Below are positions 24,860 through 37,500 of a stretch of 64,000 bases of DNA, piece by piece. Source of the DNA: Octopus sinensis (taxonomy: Eukaryota); NCBI RefSeq assembly GCF_006345805.1, contig NC_043005.1:45570001-45634000 (forward strand), read 5' to 3'. How positions within the stretch are numbered: position 1 is the first letter of the stretch; each line of letters opens with the position of its first letter. The position numbers and the translations under genes are program-made. The notes below the pieces were generated by a model that was given only the letters and a program-made list of their open reading frames with translations, had not been told where the DNA came from and ran no database searches.

Positions 24860-25104
24860 CACACCATAAAGTGGGTTTGGTGAAGAGTGAATTATAATCA
24901 GAATAATAAGACAAAGAAAATTCTTTAACATGTCTTTAACGATTCATTAAAATTGTTGTTGTACCAACTCTGCTTGCAATGCCAGTTTATGCAAAAATTT
25001 CAAGTGTAAATTTGCATAATGTTCTTGGTTTTAGACATTAGAGTGGAACGTCATCAGACGTGTGCATCAAAGGTGTACTATCACATTGTGCATCTTCCAG
25101 ACAT
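24860..25104. mobile_element. Inverted second copy of the 23319-23583 element, with extra internal sequence
   Basis: 24886-25104 is the diverged reverse complement of 23319-23540. Confidence 0.7.
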
Positions 25105-25465
25105 CTACTCTCCTGTTAGTTTTGCTTAACCCTTTGATCACAGAAAGCAGATATATCTGCTTTAAAGCAGTTTTACCCCATGGTTTTGAAAGCAGTTTTA
25201 CCCTATGGTTTTGAAAACAAAGTTCTCCTTAAGCTGCAAGAAGCAGAAACATACCCAGTGATACTTTTTACAGAAAACAATTTTTCTGATTTTCCTAATT
25301 TCTTCACATATCTCATCAAATATCTCTTTAGAGAACAAAAACCAAATTCTTTTTGTGGTGGATATGAAAACCATACCAACAAGGATTATAGTATTTTAAA
25401 AGTATTTATTGCAGAAACAGAAAATATCAATTCTATTATTTGGTGGATAGTCAAAACGTGCAACC

Positions 25466-25960
25466 AGACAAATACTTGCCATTGAGCATCTACCATACTC
25501 CAAACATCTTGCTTCTCTGAGTATGGAGACATAAAACCTCTGACAGCTAGTAACTGACTTGGTAGACATCCACAAAATTATCCACCATCCTTCCAACAAC
25601 AATCTTGGACACCTTTTTGAATTTCATATGTCTATCACTTGTGAACATGCTTACAAAATTAAAAAAAAAAAAAAACACAGCACCCACGACTTTCAGAAAC
25701 ATTTTTTCACACTCAGAATTTCTGAAGCATGGAATAAACTACCCACATTAGTTGTTAGCTGCCAGACACTACACTCTTCAAAATTTCCAGGCTACCTGAA
25801 ATTTGTCAACAGGACATCTGATGTCCTTCCACCCTTTTTATTTTACATGACTCATTTATTGTTCACTTCGTGTGCATATTCTATGCAGTTTGGGTTACCT
25901 TTTCTGATGAGTTGTAGTGCACCTGAGCAATGTATGCAGTAAGTTCATTGTATACCATTA
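25466..25960 (+). mobile_element. CR1-like LINE 3' end
   Basis: DIHKIIHH...CEHAYKI...HFFTLRISEAWNKLP; homologous to 15045-15605. Confidence 0.8.
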
Positions 25961-26249
25961 TTATATCGCCTCTTCAGCAAGCTGTTCCTGACCCTCCCCA
26001 CCTTAGCTTCTTGTCCTTCAGTGCTATACCCCACTCAGTTGATCGGGTAGTCTTCTCTTGCAGGTATTTGGTGACCTCACCAGTGCTGCTGTCATATAAA
26101 AAGTACCCAGTACACTCAGTGAAGTGGTTGGCATTAGAAAAGGGCATCCAGTTTCAGAAACCAGGTCAAAACAGGCATTCAAACGTGATGTATCCCTCTG
26201 GCTTGTCTGTTCATGCGAAACCATCTGACCCATGATAGCATGGATAAAG

Positions 26250-26541
26250 AGACGTTAAATGACAACAACGACAATGATGATGATGATGATGGCAGTGACA
26301 ATAATGACAACAATGATGATGAGGAGGAGGATGGTGATGATGGTGATGATGATGATGGTGGTGGTGGTGCTGGTGCTGGTGCTGGTGGTGAAGATGATGA
26401 TGATGATGATGATGATAGTGGTGGTGGTGGTGATAGTGATGATGATGATGATGAAGATGATGGTTACAACAACAAAGACAATGATGATGAGGATGAGGAG
26501 GAAGATGGTGATGATGATGATTATGGTGATGGTGATGGTGG

Positions 26542-26579
<38 letters not shown>

Positions 26580-26765
26580 TGATGATGATAATGGTGGTGA
26601 TAGTGATGATGATGATGATGAAGATGATGGTTACAACAACGAAGACAATGATGATGAGGATGAGGAGGAAGATGGTGATGATGATTATGGTGGTGGTGGT
26701 GGTGGTGGTGATTATGATGATGGTGATGATGACGATGATGATGATGATGATGATGAACGATCATT
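26250..26765. repeat. Compound (GAT/GGT/GAC)n trinucleotide tract
   Basis: Expanded from a SINE D tail. The block gaagatgatggttacaacaac...gaggaggaagatggt is duplicated. Confidence 0.95.
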
Positions 26766-27149
26766 ATGAGTGATCGTGAAATTTAATTATGCAGTCAAAG
26801 GGTTAAGACATAACTGAGAATGAAAAGTCAAATGTGTCTGGGATTAGCATCGTAGCAGGAAGAATCTGATAAATGGTTTCAGGTCATTTGTTATGGCAGC
26901 AGAAGTACAGCAGCCACATGGAATCGAGTACGACTTGCTAAGCAATTGTTGTTAGTGTCCATGTAGTCATGGAAGCAGGTGTAGACACCTTCTCAGGCCT
27001 TCCCACCCATAACCATGCAGAATGTGAGTGACTTCTGTAGGAATGGGCTTCATTAGGGTTTGAACACAGAACACAAAGAACAGGAATATGTATGGCAACA
27101 TGTTTTATACTATGCTCCATAACAACTCGCTGCAAACAAAGCACTTTTC

Positions 27150-27478
27150 GTCATCGCCAACACCACCACCACCACCACCACCACTATCATCATCATTATC
27201 ATCACCACCACCACCATAACTATCATCATCATCATTATCACCACCACCACCACCACCGCCACCATTACTACCATCATCATCATCATCATTATCATCACCA
27301 TCTTCCTCTTCCTCATTGTTGTCATTATTGTCGCCATCATCATCATCTCCACTGCTGCCACCACCACCACTACCACCGCTGTTGCCACTACTGCCACCAC
27401 TGCTGCCGTCACTGCCACCGCTGCGACCACCACCACCACCACCGTCACCACCGTCATAATCATCATTACCATCACCAT
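27150..27478. repeat. Compound (CAC/CAT)n trinucleotide tract
   Basis: Direct inspection. Confidence 0.95.
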
Positions 27479-27750
27479 TTAAAGTTCACTTTTCCATGCT
27501 TGCATGCATCAGCCACAGTTTATTGAGGCAGATTTTCTATGGTCAGAGATGCCCTGTCTGTTGACAACCCCTACATATTTCCACACCTGATAATATTTTT
27601 CCCATTCCTGGAGATATTTTTTCATGGAAATTTGAAAATGAACAACTTTGTTTATTAGCAAATGATGATGCTCATTTATAACCATCATGTGATATCTAGA
27701 CAAGGGTGCACACAAACATACACACATACAGACACACATATATGCATATA

Positions 27751-28118
27751 CTAGCAGTATCGCCCGGTGTTGCTCGGGTTTGTAAGGGAAATAACTATAA
27801 AGCATTTTTAGAGTTATAGCTAAAAAATGGGAAAAAAATGATGGTAAATTTTTTTTTAGTTAAAAAGGTCGAGTTGCGTCCCCTAGACAGTCTGTGGTTT
27901 GTGTTTCTGATTCTCGACCCCATGTCGAATTTATCGATTTTTTTCAGAACTGGGGGAACTTTTCAAAATTTTCGCTGCGTTAGTTTTGAATTATGACATT
28001 GGGCTATGTGTGTGTCAAGTTTCATCAGAATCGGTTGAAAGCCGTGGTCAGAGTGAGGGTACGAGAAAACAGACACACAGAAAACGCACAGACAAACTGC
28101 CGTTTATATAGAGAGAGA
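27751..28118 (-). mobile_element. Complete non-autonomous Helitron (368 bp)
   Basis: The minus strand starts A|TCTCTCTCTATATAAACGGCAG and ends with hairpin CCCGAGCAACACCGGG, CGATACTG, CTAG|T. Termini and the A|T insertion site are canonical. Confidence 0.85.
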
Positions 28119-28375
28119 TATATATAAATGTATGTGTACATATGAATTTTTTGCATAATGAGATAAAAAACCAAGGCTGTATAGATATTAGAGCATTTAT
28201 AGATAGAAGGTCTTACAGCTAGGATATTAATTAATAATATCCCTTCATGGGAGACGGTGTGAGAGGAAAAATTAAGTCATAGTTAGTTTCGATGTGATAC
28301 AAATAGAGAGTGAGACATACATACATACATACATACATACATACATACATACATACATACATACATGCATACATA

Positions 28376-29489
28376 TCCCATGTCCAAGTTTGCATACATG
28401 AGGCTGATCACATCATGAGCCTTAGAAAGTAGCTACTCTAGCAGTATTCCTCGTCTGATAGCCTTACATACATGCCCAAAGAAGTCACATGACTCTACTG
28501 CAATGTATCATTAACTGAAAGGATAAGTGTATATCAGCAGACGACCATGCATGGATATGTTAGCAGAAAGCTCCAGGATGAAAGTAACATTGATCATCTA
28601 AACAGCCTATCATGGAGCAACAACTGGATTACTACCTCCCACTTTTGAAGGGTATGCATTTGTAATCCAGGAACAAGAAATATCAACCAAATACCTGATG
28701 CACAAAAGAGATAGAGACACAGGAAAAGCAGTTAAAGGTGGCAACTGATTCAGACTTTGTGGAGTTAACACTGAAGATATCACCTCATATCATAAGCAGT
28801 TGTCTGTAAACGTGATCATAGTATTATCTACAGTGAGACGTGATGTTGTAGCTAGGACTCTGTATAATGAGAACTGCCTGAAGGAAAACTCTGAGGCCAA
28901 AGAAATAAGAACCTACAGTATGGCAGAAGCCAAAGCCACTTGTAAAAAGAAGGAGTACTGGTGGAACATCCCAATGAAAACCTCAATAAAATGTAAACAT
29001 AATAGTCTTGACATAGTAATTTGGGATAGAGAAGAGAAACTGCCCAGCATAAAGCTAAAGATCAGCAAAAGAGAAAATACCTACACTGAACTATTAAGAA
29101 ATCTACAGTCACTCCATCCAGGTTAAAAGTTCAGGTTTATACCAGTAATTATTGGGGTACTGGGGTATGTAACACACTGCTTGAATACCACTCTTGGGAA
29201 ATTAGGCTTCTCAAAACCAGAAAGGAGAAAGCTGGAACTGTAAAACTGTAAAACTTTCAGGGATGTTATCATTTAAGTATATATGAGCCTGTCTAGACAT
29301 GCAACTATATGCATGAGAATACATACATAAAGCAAAACATACAAATCTGCACATGCACTAACTCCAAATACTGCACACATACACAGAAGCATGCACAAGT
29401 GCACTGTTGATGTTGCTGAAATTCCAATCTAGGTTAGAAAAAAATTCTTTCTCTATTGGCAAGAGATCTTGAAATAAACTGAATAATGA
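28376..29489 (+). mobile_element. 5'-truncated R4/Dong-like LINE (CCHC knuckle plus restriction-like endonuclease)
   Basis: RRDVVARTLYNE...KEYWWNIPMKTSIKCKHNSLDIVIWDREEKL (HNRPDIVIWD-like), ENTYTELLRNLQ, PVIIGVLGYV. (CATA)n on both sides. Confidence 0.8.
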
Positions 29490-29939
29490 CATACATACAT
29501 ACATACATACATACATACACACACATACATGATAAGCTTCTTTCAGTTTCCATCTACCAAATCTACTCACAAGGTTTTGGCTCACCTGGGGCTATGGCTG
29601 TAGTAGACACTTGCCCAAGATGCCATGCAGTGAACCTGGAACCAGGATCTGATGGTTGGGAAGCCAACTTCTCAACCAAAGAGTTTATGAAAGTAATAAT
29701 TATCGATAAGACTAAAGTAGCAGATCCATTGGAACTCATTTCATGGGGTCACTATATGAATTTTGCTATTGATAAACAATGTGAAACGAGAGAGATATCA
29801 GATGACACCTAAAGAAAATAAAACGAGGGCTATATTCCTGGGTCTTGAAAACAAGATAACCCTAAATATAAACAACAGTCGAGCTATGGCATAAAGTTGG
29901 TGATTGCCATTGTCCCACATAAGACATGATGGCAAGAAT

Positions 29940-31910
29940 TCTTCAGTGAAGAGGAATATTCCTGCCAAATATTTTAATTTAGATCAAAAGGAAGATTTTG
30001 ATAGAATATACTATCAATATTTTCTGGTTCTTAGTAACTGAATGTTGTATCTCATTTGTGTCTTCTGAAAATAGATTACAATTCCTTATGCTGTTCAGAC
30101 ATATTTTCCTGATTTATTAAGAGAATAAAAGCCATAAGAATAAACTTCATACCTTTGATATAATACAATACATAAATCGTTGACAATGAAATGTCAGTCA
30201 AATGTATATCGGCAGATGCCATCTTACTACTCGCATGCAGAAAGATGTTTCATGTTAATGTATTTTTCCAGCATACAAGTCAATATGGTATATTGCATAA
30301 ATATGTAGGGTAAACAATCATACTTCATCACTATCTTTCCAAATACTGCTGCATTTTACATTAAATTTTTGGTCCTCCAAAGTCCTCTTGGTATATAAGT
30401 CAATCTACCTTTTTTTCTTTTTTGCTGTAAATTTTGGTCCGAAAAATTTAAATTGTATGTTGGAAGATACAGTATTTATCTGAGTCAAACTTAGTTGTTA
30501 TCACCCAGACTCTAGACAGTGTGATAGTAGAATTATATATTGCTAGAATATCAAAATAATGAGTCAGGGATTAATCAAAATTCTACTCTGACGTGATGTG
30601 AACACTTAAATTATTATTCCTTTTTCATTCTTTCACAATAGTGGTGCTCCATTACCAGACAAAATCCTGTAATATGATTCTCTGATGCTTTAGCTATGAA
30701 GAGTTTTTTTAACATTTTATCAAGTCAACATATTTTTATAACTGTTCTGCTTCTCATCAATCTAATCAGAACCATTGGAGATGAGGTCAATCTTCCTGTG
30801 TTTCATATTCCTTTAAAGGAGGGTTATAATTTATGTAGTGGAAGTACATGGTTTAGTGGTTAAGATATTCAGCTCATGAACATAAGGTTGTGAGTTCAAT
30901 TCCAGATGATGTGTTGTGTCCTTGAGCAAGACACTTTATTTCACATTGTTCCAGTCTACTCAGCTGGCAAAAATTAGTCATACCTGTATTTCAAAGGGTC
31001 AACCTTGTCACATTCTGTGTCACACTGAATCTTCCTGAGAACTACGTTAAGGGCACACATATCTGAGGAGTGCTCAACCACTTGCATGTTAATTTCACAA
31101 TAATGCAATTCCATTGGTCAGATCAGCTGGAACCCTTGTCATCGAACCAACAGAATGCCGCTTATAATTAATGTTCTTACGAGATCACAAATTGTATCAC
31201 TTTACTCACAACACCTAAACTGACTGTCAATGTTTCAATTTTTGTGAAAGAAGGTTTTCTATTTTGTTGTTGTTAGAATGTTCAACTACTTTACATCTTT
31301 CCTTCCTTTGTATCTTTTTTCATTTTTTTCTTTTTTGAATTGCTTATTGTAGTCCCTGCTGCTTTTCAAAAAGGAAGCCTCTTGTAATTTCAGTCTGTTT
31401 TCCTCCAAGAAGAGAAGAGGTAGAGAACAATGCAATCAGCAGAAGATCTGCTCCTTAAAAGTTATAACTGAGTTGCTGTATGAAGGGACCACTTTTCTGC
31501 TCATCAATGATTTCTGAGGTGCTGCTAGATACAAAGAAGGTTGATTTGATAAATTGCATATCAGAGAGTAAGATGAACTACCTCCTTAGAAATAGTAAAC
31601 AAGCACGAAGACTCTAATTTGGGACTAAAGCAACATTTAAAACATTTTTCTGACTCTACTATATCAGTGAGTCAGACATGATAGGCTAATAATCTGGGAC
31701 ACAACTGGTAACATTTGATCTGATATCCCATTAAACTACTTCATCACAAGGACAGTTTTCAATAAAATGTATTTTTTACATCTATATTTTTGAATTCTTT
31801 TTGATGCACGGAAAAATTCCAAATCATGTTTATTGAGAAGATTGTTAATCATAACTAACACTAGTTTTGCAGAACAGACAATAATAATAATGAAATTATT
31901 GTATACAGTG
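29940..31910 (+). pseudogene. Possible decayed Toll-like receptor (LRRs to TIR), interrupted by a SINE
   Basis: LLINLIRTIGDEV (30750-30788, LRR-like), a hydrophobic stretch near 31250-31340, then KLLHHKDSF...FLNSF*CTEKFQI (31733-31825), which resembles KLCLHxRDF and FLxSxWCxxEF. Confidence 0.4.
30838..31160 (+). mobile_element. SINE type A (long tail)
   Basis: Head tggaagtacatggtttagtggttaag; body and tail match the other type A copies. Confidence 0.75.
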
Positions 31911-33039
31911 CTCAGGTGCACCACTTGTCAAATGTGCATATAAAGCATATGCAGTAATGTACAAATATCTGGAAAGGGAACAGTGTATGAGTCAGATACA
32001 TGCTTGCGTGTGTATGGAGGAGAGAAAATCAGGTGTAGTGTTGGCAAATCTAAGGAAGCATGGAAGTTTTGAAGGAATGATCACACTAAAGGATTATCTT
32101 CCTATTTCTGAAAATAACTTGAAAACAGTTTTCTTTTGCTACTCCACCACAAATATTAGTTTCAAGTTTTGGTACAAGGGCAGAAATTTTGTGGGAAAAG
32201 AGTTAAGTCTATTACATTGATCCCAGTTTTCAACTGGTACTTGTTTTATCAGACCCTGAAAGAATGAAAGGCAAAATTGACCTTGGTGGAATTCGAACTC
32301 AGAACAAATGCCACTAAGCCACTAAGCATTTTGCCTGGCATGCTAACAATTCTGCCAGTCCACCACCTTACTCCATCAGAAATATTGTCATCATGCCAGA
32401 GTATCAATAATAAACCAATGCATCTATTCACCCATCCATCCATTCATCTTCTCCACCCACTATTCCTGAGAGGGTTGTTGCAGTAGAGTCCTCAAGCATT
32501 TGCTCCTCCATAGGGTCCTGTAAGAAGCAACTATCATTGGACTTTCCAGCTGGATTCTCAAGTGTGACCAACTGGGGTTATGAATATTACCTGACGCTTT
32601 CATTCTTGATCTACTCCCTAGGTCACCTGCCAGCTGTCTTGGCTGGTTTGGCTTGAAGAATCAGTCTGGCGATTGTTTCCTGCAACAATCTAATCACATA
32701 TCTGTTGTACTGGAGCTGTGATATCTCAGTGTGAAGTAAACTAATATTTAAGAAAACATTTAAGTTTCAGATTCAATCAATTAATTTCAAGGAAAATCTA
32801 ACCCATAAATATTTCATTATCACAACTTTTATATAATAGATTTATAGACAGATACCATCAATTTCCAACATTGGTACAAGGCAAAGATGTTAGGTGAGGT
32901 TATAGTATTTAATTTCATTGCTTCCTGGAAAAACGAATGGCAAAATCAAAACTATGAGATGGAAACTGAACTCAAGACACAAAAATACGAAACTAAATAA
33001 TATAAAGCTTATTTTTTTCTTTTTAACTCTAGGACGAAA

Positions 33040-34170
33040 TTTGAACCACGTATATAAATTACTTGTTGAGGCATTTTCTTTTATCGATCGACCTACTAGA
33101 AATAGCAACCACATTTCCCCCAAATCACCCTTCACAATCTCAAAAGAAGAAAAAAAATGAGGACTGAATGAATAATGTACTTCAGAATGTATGAAATAGC
33201 TGAGAAATGCGGGAATGGTCGCGGATAGAATGAGTTTGATTTATAGGTTTGGTCGATGTAGATTGAAACTGGGACTAAACAACAGCATTAAATTACACGA
33301 AATATAGTCTACTGGTGCACACATTTTTGTGTTTATGTTTATATTTAAAATTACAGGTTAATTGACATGCACAAAACAATTTCACGCCTTAGACTAGGAA
33401 TCAGTTAACATTTAATTTTTTTATTTTTTGGAAACCGACCGGATTGGAAATTTTATGAAGTCTTGAAAACAATTAGCAAGAGTTATTTCCCTTGCATCAT
33501 ACATTTTTCTCCTTTATGAAAACTTTGTACAAGTGTAAAATGTATATTAATATTCTCCAATTTCTCTTTATTTACCCAAATAAGATATGTTATTTATCGT
33601 CAAACTGTCACCGTATTTAATGGCATAGAAGACTACTTTCTCCACAAGTAGTCTTCTATGCCATTAAATCACTCCTTATCCTATATACCAAGTGATTCTC
33701 AGTCATTTTCCCTCTTTAGGCCCTTTTGATTACTATTTTATTCTGGTGGGTCCCCATATCCATTCGGGTGTTTAAAAACTGGTTTTATAGATAATTCCGT
33801 CAAAATTCTTTTTTTGTTTATCGCACATTCACTTGTGTTAGTTTAACTATTTGTTTGGATCCCCCAAATTCTTATATGGATCCCGATTGAGAACCGCTTA
33901 CTATATTGCAAAGTTCGGCCAGATATAAGCGAATTTTGTGTCCCTGATGCTCAATTTTCCCCGAATATGGCACTGCTGAAATTAGGATCTATCTAATATG
34001 CTCGTGTATCTTTCCCGCTATTAAGTACAGCAGTTAACACTGCTTCTGCTTTAGTTAGAAGTAAATGATTTCTCAAAAGCAAGTATTATTTTTTTGCCCC
34101 GACTCAGGAAAAATTTTGAAACGAATACTTCCCATTTGGGGTTATCTTTCATTTCTTATCTTTTACTTGT
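33040..34170. promoter_or_regulatory. Locally CpG-retaining, mostly unique DNA (possible unmethylated or promoter-like region)
   Basis: About 25 CpGs by hand count in ~1.1 kb, against sparse CpG in the flanking unique DNA. No TSS evidence. Confidence 0.25.
33615..33669. repeat. Perfect hairpin, 24-bp stem with 7-nt loop
   Basis: atttaatggcatagaagactactt-tctccac-aagtagtcttctatgccattaaat. Confidence 0.95.
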
Positions 34171-34580
34171 TCCAGTCATTAGACTGTGGCCATGCTGGAG
34201 CACCACTTAGAAGAATATTTTTTTTCTCGAATGAATCGACCCAAGTACCTTTTTTTTTGGATCTTTTTTTTTCTCGAATGAATCGACCCTAGTACCTTTT
34301 TTGGATCTTTTTTTTTAAGCCTGGTACATATTTTGCTTGTATCCTTTGCCGAAACCGATAAGCTATAGGACGTAAACACACCAACACCGATGGTCACGCA
34401 GGCGGTGGATGATAAAGTGACACAAACACATACACGTGTGTATGTATGTGTGAGTGTGTCTATACGATCGGCTTCTCTCAGTTACCATCAACCAAATCCA
34501 CTCACAAGGCTTTGGTCAGCTCAAGGCTATAGAAGATGACTCTTACCCAAAGTGCCATGCAGTGGAACTGGACCTGGAAC
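34170..34580 (-). mobile_element. SINE type B, head truncated at a poly-T insertion
   Basis: Reverse complement of the type B body. Contains a local ~40-bp tandem duplication (ttttttctcgaatgaatcgacc..gtacc). Confidence 0.7.
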
Positions 34581-37500
34581 CTTTTTTTTTTTTTTTTTGC
34601 AGGTTTAGTGTATCGAGTACTATAAGATCTTTATAATGATGTACATGAGATGTGACTGCGTTTTCCAGCATGTCGGGCAGACATGAAGATCTCATAGCAG
34701 TTTATTGTTACTTTCTTTCTTCGGGCCAGCAGTTCCAATTATACGGTCCGCATCCACCTGGTCGTTTACGAAGATATTGCTTGGGGTTCCGTGAGCTGCT
34801 GATTACAAAAATTTGTTGAATAGACAGACTTATCAAAAGCCCCAAAAGCTTGAGGTCCGCGGGAAGAATGTATTTATATAGTAGGGGATCCCTGGAAGTG
34901 AAGAGGTTGGGAGTCGCTATTTTAGATATTCTCCTCGTCATCGTTTAACGTCCGTTTTGCTATACTTGCATGAGTCAGATGGAATCTTTTGGGGTAGATT
35001 TTCGACGGTTGGATGTCCTTCCTGTCACCAACCTGACTTATTTCCCCAGCGAAATAGTATTTCCTCATGGACATATATTCGTGCAAGATTGTAAATGAAC
35101 GACATTGCTTTTTTTTTTTTTTTTTTTTTGACTGTCTGTAATGTTTACAATCATAACATGATATCAAGACCAGCAACACACACATATGCATGCATGCCCA
35201 CACACACACACACAACGGGCTTCTTTCAGTTTCTGCCTACGAAATCCACTCACAAGGCTTTGATCAGCCGGGAGCTATAGCAGAATACACTTGTCCAAGA
35301 TGTTACACCGTGGGACTGAACCCAGAAGCAAGCTTCTCAACCATAAACACAAGCCCAGTATTTATAGTGTAGCTGGTAGGTATGGTTACCACTGGTGCTT
35401 GAGCTGATTGGCTAACTGCTAGAAGCTGTATGTCACTATTGATGTTAGGACATGACTGTTTTTTCTAGCGTCAGAGGTCATCGGTTGCACGCAGAAGAAA
35501 TTGATGAAATCTGTTGAGGTTTTAACAAACAGACTTTATTTCTTGTTGACAGAGTTTGGCTGTTATTGTTCTTATGATGATATTAGCTTGGTTCAGCTGC
35601 TGCCTTTGTCTATTTGGCATCCAATGCCTTGCCGTCTTAGCTACATCCCAAAGCTCTCTAGGTTGTGGTCGCATGTGTGTCAATTTATACTGAGTAAAAG
35701 GCTCAGAAGGGAATGCGCCAAAAGTTGATATGATTGCTGGAGCTTGTTCCACTTGAAGTTGTGACTGACCAGATTTTGTTGATCACGTGGGTAATTTTCT
35801 TTCCAGGTGAAGTTACAATTGGCCAGATTCACCACTCGTGTGGGCAACCTTCCAGCGAATTGCAATATCAGTTAATTGCTGAATACTCTCACTACAACAG
35901 GAAACAGAATTTATTAATTTAACGAACAACAAAATAGTGTTAAAACTCATTTTATTTATCCCCAGGGTGTAGATGGGTCCAAATTAAGCTTGCTAGTGTA
36001 TGAAAAATGAATTAGTAACATTACGGTATTGAGTAAAATGCATTATGGTATTTGCTTCAATGCTGTAGGTTCTGATTTCAAATCATGCCAAAGAGATTAA
36101 CTTAGCCTTTCCTGTTTATTACCACAGTAGTGGTAATAATTGTTGGCGTGTCAGGCAAGATGCTTTGCAGTATTAGGTCTGTCTCTTTGTATTCTTAATT
36201 CAGTTCCTACTGTAATTCATCTGTCACCATCAAAAAGTTGTAGGAGCCCCTCCATCTACCCAACTATGGTTGACTATGGATAGCACAAGAGCGAGTGATC
36301 TGTTGCATTTGATCTGCTGAGAGCACACAATACCTGCTGATGGTGAGTATTTAAACGCAGATGCAAGAATGATAAATTTAAATATTGTCGAGCTATCAAG
36401 AAAGCCTCTACATGGTAGAAACAACAGCTTAATCTTCCTCATATCACACTCTAGAAGCTTGTTTCCCAACCATTTGGTGTCACTGCATGACACCTTGGGC
36501 AGAATAAGTACCAGTATTTTAAAAACAAAAATTAAAATACTGGGGTTGATTTATTCAACTAAAATTCTTTAAGGCAGTGCCCAGCATTACCATGGTCTGA
36601 TGACTGAAACAAATAAAAGATAATAGACAAAAGATACTCTCTTGAATCATTTAATAGTGTTGCTAAAGATTTTCAGTTCTGGAGATATGGAAGCCACAGA
36701 GAACTGTACTAAACACAGTAATCATATATATAATGGCAGGTTTTTCATGTCTGAAGATCATAAGGAAGAGTGGTACACATCCAGGAGGCTATGTAAACTG
36801 ATCCTTGATCTTGATGCTGTACGGATTTTCTTCAGCCTGTGCTAAGTTTTCAACTGAGAGTCAATTTGCACATTCTGATCCCACTCTTTAAACATGAAAA
36901 TCTGACTTGAGAGGTGCAGAAGGCTAAGACAACTGCAGAGATCAGCAAGCTGTAGGTTTTTTCACTGGGTGGCCTTCTCCTCAGTGAATTGCCTTACAAG
37001 GTTGGAAAGGTCCACCAACCCTGAAGTTGCCAAAAGAGTGTCACTAGACAGCCTGAGGAACACCGCTCTTTGATTTGATGTCGAGATTGACTTCACTAAC
37101 CTTTTTCTTTTCCAAAGCACTCACAAAACAGTGAGGGTTTGTGCTTGGAATTTCTCCCATAACAAGCTAATTGACTCATAATAATAGCACCTACAGGTGT
37201 TATTCCAGGTCAGAATAGACCTGCAAACAATAGTATCTAAGAGGTAGTCCTATATTCCTCAAAACCCTGGAACCCCTGAACTAGGGCCCCACAACATGAT
37301 GCAGTTTGAAGTTATACCCAGTACAAATTATATATAGTTGTTATTACAATAACATGGATGGCTGAATAACAGGTGCAACACTTTGTGCTCCATCACATAC
37401 ATTGATCAATAGATGAAACTCTCAAATAACCAAACAAGCACTAAACAGGTGATGTGTACAAGAGGGCAGAAACTAGCAATAAATAGTACCACAGAATAAA

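Noticed and set aside
25239-25309. Minus-strand candidate exon IFDEICEEIRKIRKIVFCKKYHW
   Set aside because: Unusual AAG acceptor, and it lies inside a probable TTAA-bounded element.
26213-27526. Asp-, His- or Met-rich ORFs (also 49034-49246)
   Set aside because: Trinucleotide expansions, the first seeded by a SINE D tail; no unique coding context.
36640-37100. Further old RTE-like fragments (also about 9540-9900, 32440-32740, 44000-44400)
   Set aside because: Only faint motif similarity by eye; boundaries and clade cannot be supported.
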